Virus record (IMG/VR): IMGVR_UViG_3300047472_000281
Location: 6,334-70,333 of that record
Origin: a virus
Length of the DNA: 64,000 bases
Strand: one strand, 5' to 3'
The notes below the pieces were generated by a model, which was not told where the DNA came from, made no database searches, and was given only the letters and a program-made list of their open reading frames with translations. A program made the translations under genes and the position numbers. Positions 28,801-38,210 of the stretch are shown one piece after another. Each line of letters starts with the position of its first letter. Position 1 is the stretch's first letter.

Positions 28801-29995
28801 GCAGTGGCGCACCAGCGACAACTGGACCTCAGAATGGGTCGAGATCAGCGACGTGCTGATCCCCCTCAACGCCCTGATCAGCGCGGGCGTGACCACGATC
28901 GGGGGGCTGACGCCGGCGGAACTGGTCGCGGCTTTCGAGGCGACCGTCGATCAGGGCCGCGAGCTGACGCGGGCCACGCTGGAACTGAGCCTGCGGGCGA
29001 TCGAAGAGCGCGGCCAGCTGATCACCGAGACGTTCCACAATGGGGTCAGGGTCAAGCGGATCCTGATCAACGACGATCAGACCTGGGACGATGGCGACAA
29101 GTCGTTCTGGGAGCGGATGAGCCTGATGGCCATCCTGGCTGATGACGGGCTGTCGATGATCGTTCAGCACGACACGCTGATGTGGTCGCCGACCGAGAGC
29201 TATGCGACCCACGTCGAGGGCATTCGAACCCAGATCGGAACCGACATCGCGACGGCCACGGAGTCGATCCACACATGGGTCGACGAGGACAGCGCCGGGT
29301 CGATCTGGATCCGCGACCTCGAGGTGGCCTTCGGTCTCGACTTCATCGGGTCGATCACCGAGACGACCTCGATCGTGTCGGGGATCGGCGGCACGTATAC
29401 GCTGGCCTTCGACATCAATGGCCACGCCAGCGGCTTCCGCCTGGCCAACGATGGTTCGCTGTCGTCGATGGTGTTCCTGAGCGACGAAATCGGTTTCGCC
29501 AACAATGCCGGCGACGTCGTCTACCCGCTGTCGATCGTCGGCAGCATCGTCCGGGCGACGAACTTCGAAGCCGACATGATCAAGGCCAACACGATCACGG
29601 CCGACCGGATCATCGGCGGCGAGATCACCGACAGCGTGTTCTCGTCGTCGGGCTCGACCTATGGTCTTTCGATCGGCTCTTGGACCACGGTCCGGACCAT
29701 CAACTACACCAGCATCGGCGGCCGCCTGCAGATCCTGAGCCAGGCGACGGTGGAAGCGGTCGCGCCGAGCGACGCCTATTTCGGCTTCCAGATCGTGGTC
29801 GACGGCAGCGTGCTGGACGATTGGCCAAAGCGGGTCCTTTCGGGTGACTACGCCCGCGAGTTCGCGCTGTCCAACTGGACCCCGTCAGCCGGCGCCCACA
29901 CGATCGAGTATCAGATCCTGCTCTATGGCGGCAGCGGCGCGGGCAACTCGCTGAACCAGCTTCTCTACATCACCGAATACAAGACGGAGCACTGA
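25835..29995 (+). CDS. Tail tip/host specificity protein (gpI/gpJ-like)
   Basis: Large beta-rich protein; C-terminal DINGHASGF (DUF1983-like) and IKANTITADRI repeats. Confidence 0.85.
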   Translation: MRVIERCDTAVGLFIARNPSAPETRAAEVQAGADLADLIAHAVNIGALGEDDLPDLRVYVDGESVPFATFEEKVEALDLVPAAGSMVNLQVEPAGGSNSSARTALTVILTAVAVVAAFTVGPFTAALWQLGAAIVPQLTFPIKAPDTLAGPNDQGALNSAANQRRLRGMMPLQLGEGRAAFDVAANAYSSIINGEVWLTVIFGVHYGPCSIRDYKIGETLLSDYPAEDVQIEEKLLPGERIFSLYAQSVSPQPMQDELDLGGAGEVHTTAEQCERVEVDLTWPQGLSFRKDSGSIVQQETRCKIEWAPVGSDSWSAAPIENGPFSDRLGAALPVGTVDVMAKTQDPVRRTFSWTKGNADQIKVRVTAWDPEGDDATKATQTVFWTDLRSIVFKQPIVDQNLACVAFRIKSSDDLGGTLPTVTGVVTPHAPVYDSETGVWDDDLANWAPTANHAAHVRMLLMAPAAAKPADPDEWGDSFGDVYDLIEERGWKGSYRLDREASQEDALKILGAMGRFSAYDAGEGLVLVPDWEKPVARQIFTGRNVENYSYTRTFPDPCHAVVVEFQNIDEDGKADEVIIYAEGFSAYGSEATEDEEATLPATLLETIRLDWQATGDRATKEGYVFLAKRNISVEAHEWTAGPSAIAASYGARVKLRHYSALYGAGEGRVQFRHFSGGLVSGVRLDDEVEMVEGETYALDVQRTDRIIPGMLLVTTPGRTRDLMFPVALAPEDAPEADDTVAFGRTDVVTEDLEIVDFSPSGDQVQISARKYIGPELVAAETGDIPEFTTKLTPTARAPRPRLLGITAASPDGVKIAFDVAEVRGALIESFPVRWRRSTSDTDENPWQILTPLAANQRLAITPPFPDAASAGQDPESAYKVDVEIRSKLRSGDVSAPLLVTDIQVSRLVKPPTGFAAAGVKRTAADGSSYPALTVSANAITSGLEQDLIVEIRPAGGSDTSWKSAGQPLAASNPIGDFTAVTSGSLLDTRAQWRTSDNWTSEWVEISDVLIPLNALISAGVTTIGGLTPAELVAAFEATVDQGRELTRATLELSLRAIEERGQLITETFHNGVRVKRILINDDQTWDDGDKSFWERMSLMAILADDGLSMIVQHDTLMWSPTESYATHVEGIRTQIGTDIATATESIHTWVDEDSAGSIWIRDLEVAFGLDFIGSITETTSIVSGIGGTYTLAFDINGHASGFRLANDGSLSSMVFLSDEIGFANNAGDVVYPLSIVGSIVRATNFEADMIKANTITADRIIGGEITDSVFSSSGSTYGLSIGSWTTVRTINYTSIGGRLQILSQATVEAVAPSDAYFGFQIVVDGSVLDDWPKRVLSGDYAREFALSNWTPSAGAHTIEYQILLYGGSGAGNSLNQLLYITEYKTEH

Positions 29996-29997
29996 CC

Positions 29998-30222
29998 ATG
30001 GCCCGCGTCCTGGCCGTCTTCTACGACGGCGATGTCGCCGTGAGCGCCTTCAAGGGCTCCCAGGCACACTTCGAAGCCAACCGCGACAACGAGAACCTGC
30101 CCTGGCGGGTCCTAACCGGCACGCCGTGGGGCGACCTGCCGAACTATCGCGGCGCACCCACCCTGACTGAGTTCGACGCCTGGGTCGCCGCCCAGGCTCC
30201 CGATCCCCTGCTGCTCACCTAG
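29998..30222 (+). CDS. Hypothetical tail-associated protein
   Basis: GGAG SD; in operon. Confidence 0.65.
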   Translation: MARVLAVFYDGDVAVSAFKGSQAHFEANRDNENLPWRVLTGTPWGDLPNYRGAPTLTEFDAWVAAQAPDPLLLT

Positions 30223-30233
30223 GGCCCAAGCAC

Positions 30234-30470
30234 ATGACCAACCCGCCAGCCGCCAACCCCGCCCAGGGGCTGGCGATCGAGAAGCTGCGCCTGCTCGAAG
30301 CCCACCACCAACTGTCAGAGCGCATCAAGTCCGACACCGTCGAGCTGGAGCGCGTCAGCGCCCGCCTGGGCGAGGTGATCGGCGAGATGCGCGGCCGCAA
30401 GGCGGGCGCGGCCGAAGCCCGGGCCGAAGCCGCCAAACCCGACAAGCCCCCCACCGAGGATCAAGTCTGA
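30234..30470 (+). CDS. Hypothetical coiled-coil protein
   Basis: In operon; TGATG coupling to tail fibre. Confidence 0.6.
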   Translation: MTNPPAANPAQGLAIEKLRLLEAHHQLSERIKSDTVELERVSARLGEVIGEMRGRKAGAAEARAEAAKPDKPPTEDQV

Positions 30471-33400
30471 TGCCGTCCCTGCCGACTTCCACGCCGACCT
30501 TCGCGAGCCAGTTCGCCGCGCTGCTGGTCGATCAAGGCGTGACGCTCGACAATGCGACGACCTTCGCCACGTCCTTTTCCACCCAGCTGACTGACTGGCT
30601 GGGCGGCGAGGGGGCTATCCCCGCCGCGCTGTCGCAGAAGCTGGCGACGGCGATCGGCAACATCAACATCGACGCCCTGCAGCGCATCGAGTGGTGGACC
30701 GGGACGATCACCGGCGGGCCGAACAGCGACGGCCTGTATCCGATGACCAACGCGGCCGGGGTCACGACGCCGTTCCCCTGCCTGGCCAAGATCCTGTTGG
30801 ATGTGAAGGGCCTGATCCCAAAGGGCGAGAAGGCGACCTATGCCGAACTGCCGGCCTCCGGAAACAGCGTCGGTGACATGTGGAATGTCGCGCTTGACGG
30901 CCGTTCCTATGTATGGGGCACCGGCGCCAGCTGGATCGACATGGGCGCTTTCCGAGGCGCAACGGGCGCGAGCGCGGGCCAGGAGTTCACCATCGCCGGC
31001 GGCAACGCCGCGTCGGATCCTGGCAACGGCAAGATCAAGTTCAACAACGCCACGCCGGCCAGCGTGACGGCCCTCTACGTCGATAACCTCAATCAGGGCG
31101 GCTCCGACGTCACGGCCTGGCTTGACGCGATCAGCCTGCAGACCACTGCGATCCGCGCCCAGTTGACCCTGCGCCAGGTCGGTTCCGACAAGGTGATGAC
31201 GTTCAACGTCACCGGCGCCGTGACGAACGCCGCGAGCTACCGGACGATTCCTGGGGCGGTGGTCGGCACCGCGCCCGCGTTCGATGTGGGCGCTCGCCTG
31301 CAGCTTTCGGTGGGCTTTACTCCGGCTATGCTTGCCGAGGCGGCGGCGGCGACGGCGGACGCCAACACCAAGGCAGGTCTGGCGGACACTGCAGCGACCA
31401 ATGCCAACACCAAGGCCGGCCTCGCGCAGACGGCGGCGACGGCGGCCGACACAGCGAGAACCGATCTCGCGAGCGCCAGCGCTACGATCTTCGCCGCCAA
31501 GGACACCACGGTCGCTGCCCGGGACGAGGTCGTGGGCGTCTATGGCTCGAACGCCACCACTGGGACCTACCCAGCCGTAGACGGGACCAACACGTTCGCC
31601 TCAGGGCTGACCGCTTATCCGAACTCGCCGGTCACCGTGGCGGGCAACATCACCGGCGTTTCCCTGTTTGTCGCCGAAGCCGGCGCCGCCACGCTCGTGG
31701 TCTCATCGCTCAACGGGGACGGCACCCTAAAGCTTGAGGCCTCCAAGGACGTCACTCTCGCGATCGGCGTTAACACCTTCGAGGACTGGTATCCTAGCGT
31801 AAGCGTGGGCTGGTTCGTGGGTGTCTACCGGGCGGTCTCCGGACCCAGGTACGCGACCGGCGCCACAACGTACTACACGACAGGGCTCACCGGCGCGGCT
31901 AGCGCTAAGACATCCGCATCGGCCAACCTGCGCCTGAGCTACCGCGTCGAGACTGGCATGCTCAAGCGCATGCGGGTGGAAGAGGTCGCGTCAGCCGACG
32001 CCGTCGAGAAGATCACCGGCTCGACGACGACCTTTGGCACCTATCCCCCTGGCGATGGCTCGAACACCCTTGCCAGCAACATCACCACGATCCCGCAGGT
32101 TGCTTCGACGAAGGCCGGCACTGTCACTGACGTGGCGGTGCACGCGCTGCTGGCGGGCGCCGCGACGATCTGCGTGGTGTCGCTGAACGGCGATGGAACC
32201 GTCAAGCTCGAAGCCTCGGCGCCGGTGACGCTGGCGGTTGGGGCCAACGACTTCAGCGGTCTAACCTTGCCCATCCAGGTTGGCTGGTACGTCGGTATCC
32301 ATGCGGCCGCCTCGACGATCCGATATGCCGGGACTACACCCGGCATATATTACACGACCGGCATTCCTGGGCTGGCCACCGCCAAAAGCACGAGCACGGT
32401 GGGTGCCAAGATCGCCTATAAGGTTCGTACCGGGCTCACCTTGACGGCCGCTGGAGAAGCTTTCAGGGCGAAGGCCGCCGAACTGGCCAACTCCACGGCC
32501 ATTGCGGCGGAGACGGCCCGGGCCGGAGCCGCAGAGACTTCGCTGCAGGGCCAGATCACCGGGTCAACGGTTCAGCAGGGCTTGTACCCCGCCACTGATC
32601 AGACCTTCTCGCTGGCCGATGGCTACACCGCCATCAATGGGTCACCGATCTCCGCCGCTGGTCGACTCTCAACGGTGTCGGTGTTCGTGGCGGGCGCTCA
32701 GACCGGAACCCTCTGCTTGCTGACCAAGAATGGCTCCAACCAGTTCACGCTGGTGGCCAGCAAGGTGGTGACCCTCGCGACGGGCCTAAACGCCCTGACT
32801 TGGTCGCAGGCTGTCGCCGCGGGCCAATACCTGGGCCTCTACGCGCCCGGCAACGGTGTCGGTTCGAATAAAGGTGTGAAGTACGCCTCGGCGGGCGGCG
32901 CGGGGCTCAACAACTACTACGTCAGCGGCTTGCCGGCGACGGACTCGGCTAGCACCGCTCTTGGCACGAACACTCTCCTGTCGTTGGGATGGTCGTTCGC
33001 CCAAGGCCTTGGCACCCGGCTGACCGCCGTCGAGGACACTCAGGCAACCGAGTCGGGAGCAGCAGCGGCCGTGGCGGCCGAAATCACGCGGGCGACAAAC
33101 GCTGAAGCCGCACTGCAGGCCCAGATCACGGGCTCGAACGTCAGCCAAGGTCAGTCGCCGGCGGTCCACCTCTCGTTCGGCTTGGCCGACGGCTATACCG
33201 CGATCCCAGGCACGCCCATCAGCGCCAGCGGCAAACTGGCCTCGGTGTCGGTCTACTCCTCGGGTGCTCAGGCCGGAAAGCTCTGTCTTCTTACCAAGAA
33301 CGGCGCGAACCAGTTCACGCTGGTGGCCTCCAAAGATGTCACCCTGATCAACGGCCTCAACACTCTCGCTTGGTCGTATGCCATCACCGCCGGCCAATAC

Positions 33401-34918
33401 ATTGGTGTCTATGCGGCGGGGCCAGGGGGTGGCGGAAACCATGGGGTTGAGTACGCGACGACCGGCGGACCGGGGCTCAATAACTATTACCTTTCCGGCG
33501 TCGCGGCGACGAACACGGCCAGTTCGGCGCTTGGGACAAACAGCCTCTTCGCCATCGGCTGGACCTTTGCCCTAGGCCTGGGCACCCGGGTAACTGCCCT
33601 TGAGGATGCTCTTGCTTCGCCTCCGGCCCCCGCGTCGTTGACGGCGGCAGGTATTGGCCTCCTGGATGCGGCCGACAAAACCGGGGCGACAGACGCGACG
33701 GCTGTATTCGCGGCGGCCGTCGCCGCTCACCCTGCGCCTTATGTGCCGCCTGGGATCTTCGCCGTCACCGCGCTAGCGTCTGGTGGCGCGGGCTTCTGGG
33801 GGCCCGGCAAAGTCTATGTCAATGGCGTCCGCTATCCGCTGCCGGCGAGGCCGTCGAAGACCACCTTGCACCACAAACTGCGGTCAGGTTTTGGGCGGCT
33901 AGCGGGTACAGGCTCGCCGCTTGTCCTGATCGGCGACAGCTTGAGCGCGCACTTCACCGCGTCGGTGTTGGGCAAGCATTGGTTTAACCAGCTGGAGGAC
34001 TTCCTCAATATTGACAGCGCGCCAGGGTCGGAGCCATCCACGGTGGTGGTGCGCAACGATGACGGCACTACAGGAGAGACAGCGGCATTCTATGGCTTGA
34101 CGGTGTCGGGCGGCTCTAACGGGACGCGCGGGCCTGTCGGCAAGTCCGTGATCCTGGCGGCCGGTGACTATATTGAGCTGACGGGCGCCTACTCAGAGGT
34201 CGACGCTTTCTATCAGCAGCAATCTGGCGCGGGCCACATCCTGTTCAGCTACAACGGCGGAGCGGCATACAAGGATGTGGATGCGTCGGGTGCGACGACC
34301 TTGGACAAGTACACCGGCCCTAGCGCCACCGGCCAAACGGCCTCTGGCACCTATCGCCTGACCGCCAGTGGCGGACCTGTGGAAATTACGGGCATATTGC
34401 GCCACGCGCCGACCCTGTCGACGGGCGGCACGCCGCGACCGATTCGCTGTATGCGGGCTGCTTATGGCGGCTACACGGGCTCAAACTTCACCGACGCGCG
34501 GATCGACAGCATCATCGCCCAAGCAACGTCAGCGGCTGGCGGGCCAAACCCTGAATACATCATGGCGCCCTTTACGAACGACATGCTGTTCGGCTCTGCT
34601 CCCCGGCCGGCGACTTATGAGGGCAACCTTAATCGGATGATCGCTCGTGTCCAAGCGACGACACCGAGCCGGGTATCCCTGCTGACCCCGCCCCGTCCCC
34701 GCTTCAGCTCATGGGGAAGCTATCTTACGGCAGGCCAGGACTTCGACACCTTCCTGGCGATTGCCCAAAAGGTTGGTGCGTCCACCGGTTGCCCCGTGCT
34801 TTCGCTCGATACGGTAGACTTCGACGCCGAGGGATTATTCGGCGCCGACCACCTGCATTGGAACGACGCGGGCAACGATCGTGTCTTCGACATCTTCGCG
34901 GAGTGGCGTGCCCAATAA
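30470..34918 (+). CDS. Tail fibre/spike with four tandem beta domains and C-terminal SGNH hydrolase
   Basis: GGPNSDGLYP anchor; four related repeats; LIGDSL, TND and DHLHWN SGNH blocks. Confidence 0.85.
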   Translation: MPSLPTSTPTFASQFAALLVDQGVTLDNATTFATSFSTQLTDWLGGEGAIPAALSQKLATAIGNINIDALQRIEWWTGTITGGPNSDGLYPMTNAAGVTTPFPCLAKILLDVKGLIPKGEKATYAELPASGNSVGDMWNVALDGRSYVWGTGASWIDMGAFRGATGASAGQEFTIAGGNAASDPGNGKIKFNNATPASVTALYVDNLNQGGSDVTAWLDAISLQTTAIRAQLTLRQVGSDKVMTFNVTGAVTNAASYRTIPGAVVGTAPAFDVGARLQLSVGFTPAMLAEAAAATADANTKAGLADTAATNANTKAGLAQTAATAADTARTDLASASATIFAAKDTTVAARDEVVGVYGSNATTGTYPAVDGTNTFASGLTAYPNSPVTVAGNITGVSLFVAEAGAATLVVSSLNGDGTLKLEASKDVTLAIGVNTFEDWYPSVSVGWFVGVYRAVSGPRYATGATTYYTTGLTGAASAKTSASANLRLSYRVETGMLKRMRVEEVASADAVEKITGSTTTFGTYPPGDGSNTLASNITTIPQVASTKAGTVTDVAVHALLAGAATICVVSLNGDGTVKLEASAPVTLAVGANDFSGLTLPIQVGWYVGIHAAASTIRYAGTTPGIYYTTGIPGLATAKSTSTVGAKIAYKVRTGLTLTAAGEAFRAKAAELANSTAIAAETARAGAAETSLQGQITGSTVQQGLYPATDQTFSLADGYTAINGSPISAAGRLSTVSVFVAGAQTGTLCLLTKNGSNQFTLVASKVVTLATGLNALTWSQAVAAGQYLGLYAPGNGVGSNKGVKYASAGGAGLNNYYVSGLPATDSASTALGTNTLLSLGWSFAQGLGTRLTAVEDTQATESGAAAAVAAEITRATNAEAALQAQITGSNVSQGQSPAVHLSFGLADGYTAIPGTPISASGKLASVSVYSSGAQAGKLCLLTKNGANQFTLVASKDVTLINGLNTLAWSYAITAGQYIGVYAAGPGGGGNHGVEYATTGGPGLNNYYLSGVAATNTASSALGTNSLFAIGWTFALGLGTRVTALEDALASPPAPASLTAAGIGLLDAADKTGATDATAVFAAAVAAHPAPYVPPGIFAVTALASGGAGFWGPGKVYVNGVRYPLPARPSKTTLHHKLRSGFGRLAGTGSPLVLIGDSLSAHFTASVLGKHWFNQLEDFLNIDSAPGSEPSTVVVRNDDGTTGETAAFYGLTVSGGSNGTRGPVGKSVILAAGDYIELTGAYSEVDAFYQQQSGAGHILFSYNGGAAYKDVDASGATTLDKYTGPSATGQTASGTYRLTASGGPVEITGILRHAPTLSTGGTPRPIRCMRAAYGGYTGSNFTDARIDSIIAQATSAAGGPNPEYIMAPFTNDMLFGSAPRPATYEGNLNRMIARVQATTPSRVSLLTPPRPRFSSWGSYLTAGQDFDTFLAIAQKVGASTGCPVLSLDTVDFDAEGLFGADHLHWNDAGNDRVFDIFAEWRAQ

Positions 34919-34987
34919 GGGTACGGCGCACAGGCCTCGCGAGCAAATCGCATTTCCGGAACGACCGGTTGTGCTAAAGCTTAACCA

Positions 34988-35671
34988 ATGACCAGTCGGC
35001 CCAGCATCGCCTTGGCTCTGACCCTGCCGATTTTGGCAGGATGCGGCCTGCTGGTCGGATACAAGGCTTACCCTCTTCGCCATCCGGCTAACACGCATGC
35101 GGTCAGGGATAGAGCCATCGCCTCCCAGGCGGCTCAACTCGGCCACGTGGACACGCTTCTCGTCGGCGACAGTATTGTTGAGCTGTCCTACATCCCAGAG
35201 CTTTGCGGAACCGTGCTCAACGCGGGTGTCGGAGGTTCTGGGATTGCGGAGTTAGAGGCCGAGCTACCGGTTCTACAACGAGAACTGAAGCCTAAGCTCA
35301 TCGTGATCGCTACTGGCGTGAACGAAGGGGCGAGGGCGAAGAAGGTAGATGTAGCCGATTTCCGAGGGCGTTACGTGGGTCTGATCAGACTCGCTAAAGC
35401 ATCGGGTGCGAGAGTTGCGGTGGCCAACGTGCCTCCGGTTTCGGACGTCGGCCCCTTGGGCGTGAAGAATTTCGATCCCGCTGTTTTGCGGGCGCTCAGC
35501 TCGGCCGTCGACTCGTCTGCCGCGCAAGAGAACGTAAAGCTGTTGGACGTGCGCGCGGCCCTCGAAGGCCCCGATGGGGCGTTGAGGCCCGATGACACCG
35601 AAGATGGCGTGCATTTGCGGCCAAGCGGCTACGGCCGCTGGCGCCCGGTCATCATGACCGCCTGCAAGTAG
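34988..35671 (+). CDS. SGNH/GDSL hydrolase with N-terminal membrane anchor
   Basis: VGDSI, NAGVGG, GVNE, DGVHL blocks. Confidence 0.88.
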   Translation: MTSRPSIALALTLPILAGCGLLVGYKAYPLRHPANTHAVRDRAIASQAAQLGHVDTLLVGDSIVELSYIPELCGTVLNAGVGGSGIAELEAELPVLQRELKPKLIVIATGVNEGARAKKVDVADFRGRYVGLIRLAKASGARVAVANVPPVSDVGPLGVKNFDPAVLRALSSAVDSSAAQENVKLLDVRAALEGPDGALRPDDTEDGVHLRPSGYGRWRPVIMTACK

Positions 35672-35700
35672 GCTGGCCGAAAGCCAGCCGACAATCTTTT
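35671..35700 (+). terminator. Possible terminator hairpin
   Basis: GGCTGGC-CGAAA-GCCAGCC followed by a nearby T run. Confidence 0.4.
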
Positions 35701-35720
35701 CATCAGTAAGGGAGGGCCAG

Positions 35721-36089
35721 ATGGCCGACACCCCGGGCGAGCCACATCTGCTGGCCGTCCTTAGCAAACTCGCGCCCCTAGCACCGGGGGTAGCAGGCGC
35801 GGTCCTGTCCATGGCGTTCGGCGAGAAGCTGACCGTCAGGGGCAAGGCGCTCAGCGTCTGCATCGGCCTGGCGTGCGCGCTTTGGCTGGCGCCGGCGCTG
35901 ATGGCGTTGCTCTCGGCCATCTGGCCGTGGGGCAAGCTGCCTGTCGAGATGGGCCAGGCGGTCACCTTCCTGACCGGCCTGTTCGGCATGATCGTGTTGG
36001 CTGGCCTTGCCCCCTGGCTGGGCAAGGTGGCCGGCGATCCGCTCAGCCTGCTGAAGGTGCGGATCACGACCGGGGAGGTTCAGCCGTGA
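35721..36089 (+). CDS. Putative holin
   Basis: GGAGG SD; about three hydrophobic segments; upstream of amidase. Confidence 0.75.
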   Translation: MADTPGEPHLLAVLSKLAPLAPGVAGAVLSMAFGEKLTVRGKALSVCIGLACALWLAPALMALLSAIWPWGKLPVEMGQAVTFLTGLFGMIVLAGLAPWLGKVAGDPLSLLKVRITTGEVQP

Positions 36090-36469
36090 TCATGTACCTT
36101 TCAGTGTTCCTCGGCGCGTGCATCGTGCTGGTCATCGTCCTGGTGGCGCTGTTCGGCTGGGGCGGCATTCTCTCCCTCACCCAGCGCCTCAGTCTGGCGG
36201 CCATCGCCGCCGGCATCGTCTGGGCAGGGCCGGGCAGGGCGCTGGGCCGCGAGCCCGGCCCCGGAGACGCCTTGCTGCTGATCGGCGTGCTGGTCTACCT
36301 GATCGCCACCTATGGCCCGCGGATGTTCCAGCGACTCGACGGCCTGGACGGCGCCGTTGACGGTCGGATCGACGGTCCCTTCTCGATCGAGAAGGGCAGG
36401 GTCGCCGCCAAGCACATGGAGGTCGATCGCCTGCGCGCCAAGACGGCCCGCGAGCGCGGCCGGCCATGA
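36086..36469 (+). CDS. Membrane protein (holin/antiholin-like)
   Basis: GTGA overlap; about three hydrophobic segments; DGLDGAVDGRI tail. Confidence 0.65.
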   Translation: MIMYLSVFLGACIVLVIVLVALFGWGGILSLTQRLSLAAIAAGIVWAGPGRALGREPGPGDALLLIGVLVYLIATYGPRMFQRLDGLDGAVDGRIDGPFSIEKGRVAAKHMEVDRLRAKTARERGRP

Positions 36470-36567
36470 TCGCGCGCGCCTGGGATCGGCTGCTGGAATT
36501 GATCCTGGCCGCCGTCGTCATGGCGCTGCTCTACGCGTACCTGCGGCGACGCTCGCCGCCGAACTGA
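36466..36567 (+). CDS. 33-aa single-TM peptide (not in ORF track)
   Basis: ATGA overlap; MIARAWDRLLELILAAVVMALLYAYLRRRSPPN. Confidence 0.5.
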   Translation: MIARAWDRLLELILAAVVMALLYAYLRRRSPPN

Positions 36568-36617
36568 ACGACTGAACGCCTGGCGTTCAGCACCCCCTCA
36601 CATCAAAGGACGTCACG

Positions 36618-36833
36618 ATGACCGAAGCTCAGGTCCAGCACATGGTTGACCGCTTCCTGGCGTGGAAGCTGCCCGAAGCCTTCCGGCCGGACGGCGGCAT
36701 CACCTTCAAGGCCGAGTTCAACGAACACACCGACCACCCGATGAAGCACGAGCCGAGTGGGACCAATCTGCTCGACGCCTCCCAAGCCCAGGCGATGGTG
36801 CGTCACATGCTGGACGGCCTTCCGCAGGGCTAG
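36618..36833 (+). CDS. Hypothetical phage protein
   Basis: AAGGA SD; MVDRFLAWKLP...PSGTNLL. Confidence 0.75.
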   Translation: MTEAQVQHMVDRFLAWKLPEAFRPDGGITFKAEFNEHTDHPMKHEPSGTNLLDASQAQAMVRHMLDGLPQG

Positions 36834-36866
36834 TCCCTCCCCCCACATCGCTAGAAGGACATAATC

Positions 36867-37277
36867 ATGGGCCCCATCAGGTTCCTGACGATCCACTGCG
36901 CCGCTACACCTGAAGGACGCGACGTCAGCCCGGAAGACATCGCCGCCTGGGACATCAAGAAGTTCGGCCAGGAGAGCTATCACCACATCGTCACGCTGGA
37001 CGGCGCCGACCATGTGCGCTTGGCCGACAACGTGAAGGGCGCCCACGTCGGCGGCGCCAACACCGGCAACATCGGCGTCTGCTATGTCGGTGGTTGCGAT
37101 AAGGCGATGAACGCCAAGGACACCCGCACGATCGCCCAAAAGGCCACGCTGGCCAGGATCGTGAAGACCTATCAGGCCAAGTACCCCGGCCTGATCGTCA
37201 GGGGGCACAACGAATGGCCCGGCGTCGCGAAGGCCTGTCCGTCGTTCGATGTCAGCGAATGGCTGAAGGCGCTGTGA
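36867..37277 (+). CDS. Endolysin, N-acetylmuramoyl-L-alanine amidase (T7 lysozyme-like)
   Basis: IHCAAT, YH, GAHV, IGVCYVGG, GHNE, KACPSFDV Zn-amidase motifs. Confidence 0.95.
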   Translation: MGPIRFLTIHCAATPEGRDVSPEDIAAWDIKKFGQESYHHIVTLDGADHVRLADNVKGAHVGGANTGNIGVCYVGGCDKAMNAKDTRTIAQKATLARIVKTYQAKYPGLIVRGHNEWPGVAKACPSFDVSEWLKAL

Positions 37278-37498
37278 CCAAGGCCGCCATCGATCGCGAG
37301 GACGTGCTGGAGGTGTTGTTCGACATCACTCCTGTGCGGGTTCGCAAGGGTCGGCCGAACGCCTCCACCCCCGAAGACGACGACGTCAGGGCCATGGGCC
37401 GCCAGATCGGGCGGTTCCTGGAAGACCTGCCGGGCGAAGTCACCGTGTCGGAGCTGCGCGAGCTGCTGACCGAAGCCACAAGCAGGACAAACGCATGA
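37274..37498 (+). CDS. Hypothetical protein
   Basis: GTGA and ATGA overlaps. Confidence 0.55.
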   Translation: MTKAAIDREDVLEVLFDITPVRVRKGRPNASTPEDDDVRAMGRQIGRFLEDLPGEVTVSELRELLTEATSRTNA

Positions 37499-38100
37499 CC
37501 AAGGTCTTCTTCTGCGAAGAAACGCCTCACATCGAGGTGTTCCTGCGCCGCTTCGTCTTCAGCAAGGGCGACGGTGGGTGTTCCCACGACGCGTCCAGCA
37601 AGACACCGCTCGGCCGCTTCGAGTGGCCAGTGCGCAGCTATCTCGACGGCGACGTCATGGACGTCGATCGCGGCCACGCGCTGTGGCCGGTCGCCTGCGA
37701 CGCCTGCGGCTACCTCTTCCAGCCGACCGACGAGTGGCAGGCCTATCAGTGCAGGGTCATGCGCAGGATCGACACCGGCGAGGAACTGCCCGTTACCCGC
37801 CATCTGAGCAGTCTCCCGCCTGGCGCGGTCTTCGAATGCTGGTGGTCGGGCCGAGTCGGCGCCGACGGTCGATCCCTGGCGGTGGTCACACCTGGCGGGG
37901 AGTGGATGATCGACAGCCGCGCCTCCAACTGCACCAAGCCCGATGACGACACGCATCGCTGCTGGGTGCGGCACGGGCGGCCGGAAGATGGTGACCTGCA
38001 CGTCGACAAGGCGGGGCTGACCTGCGAGGCGGGCGCCGGCTCAATCATCGCCGGCGACTTCCACGGCTTCCTGCACCACGGCGAACTGAGGCCATGCTGA
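37495..38100 (+). CDS. Cys/His-rich hypothetical protein
   Basis: CDACGY, RASNC, HRCW, FHGFL motifs. Confidence 0.75.
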   Translation: MTKVFFCEETPHIEVFLRRFVFSKGDGGCSHDASSKTPLGRFEWPVRSYLDGDVMDVDRGHALWPVACDACGYLFQPTDEWQAYQCRVMRRIDTGEELPVTRHLSSLPPGAVFECWWSGRVGADGRSLAVVTPGGEWMIDSRASNCTKPDDDTHRCWVRHGRPEDGDLHVDKAGLTCEAGAGSIIAGDFHGFLHHGELRPC

Positions 38101-38210
38101 TGAAACAGGATGAACCTGGCCTTGTCGTGCCGATCGTCCTGATCCTGATCTGTGTGATCGGCGCCGTCTGCCTGGCTTCGGGCCTGCCTCTCGGGAGCAC
38201 ATGGGTATGA
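38100..38210 (+). CDS. 36-aa single-TM peptide (not in ORF track)
   Basis: TGATG and ATGA coupling; MKQDEPGLVVPIVLILICVIGAVCLASGLPLGSTWV. Confidence 0.5.
   Translation: MKQDEPGLVVPIVLILICVIGAVCLASGLPLGSTWV

Noticed and set aside
30470-34918. Diversity-generating retroelement or invertible tail-fibre switch
   Set aside because: No reverse transcriptase or invertase in the window; the fibre repeats differ at all base types rather than only at adenines
34975-34990. CtrA binding site (TTAACC)
   Set aside because: Only a half site; I found no TTAA-N7-TTAA here or at the other TTAA positions I checked
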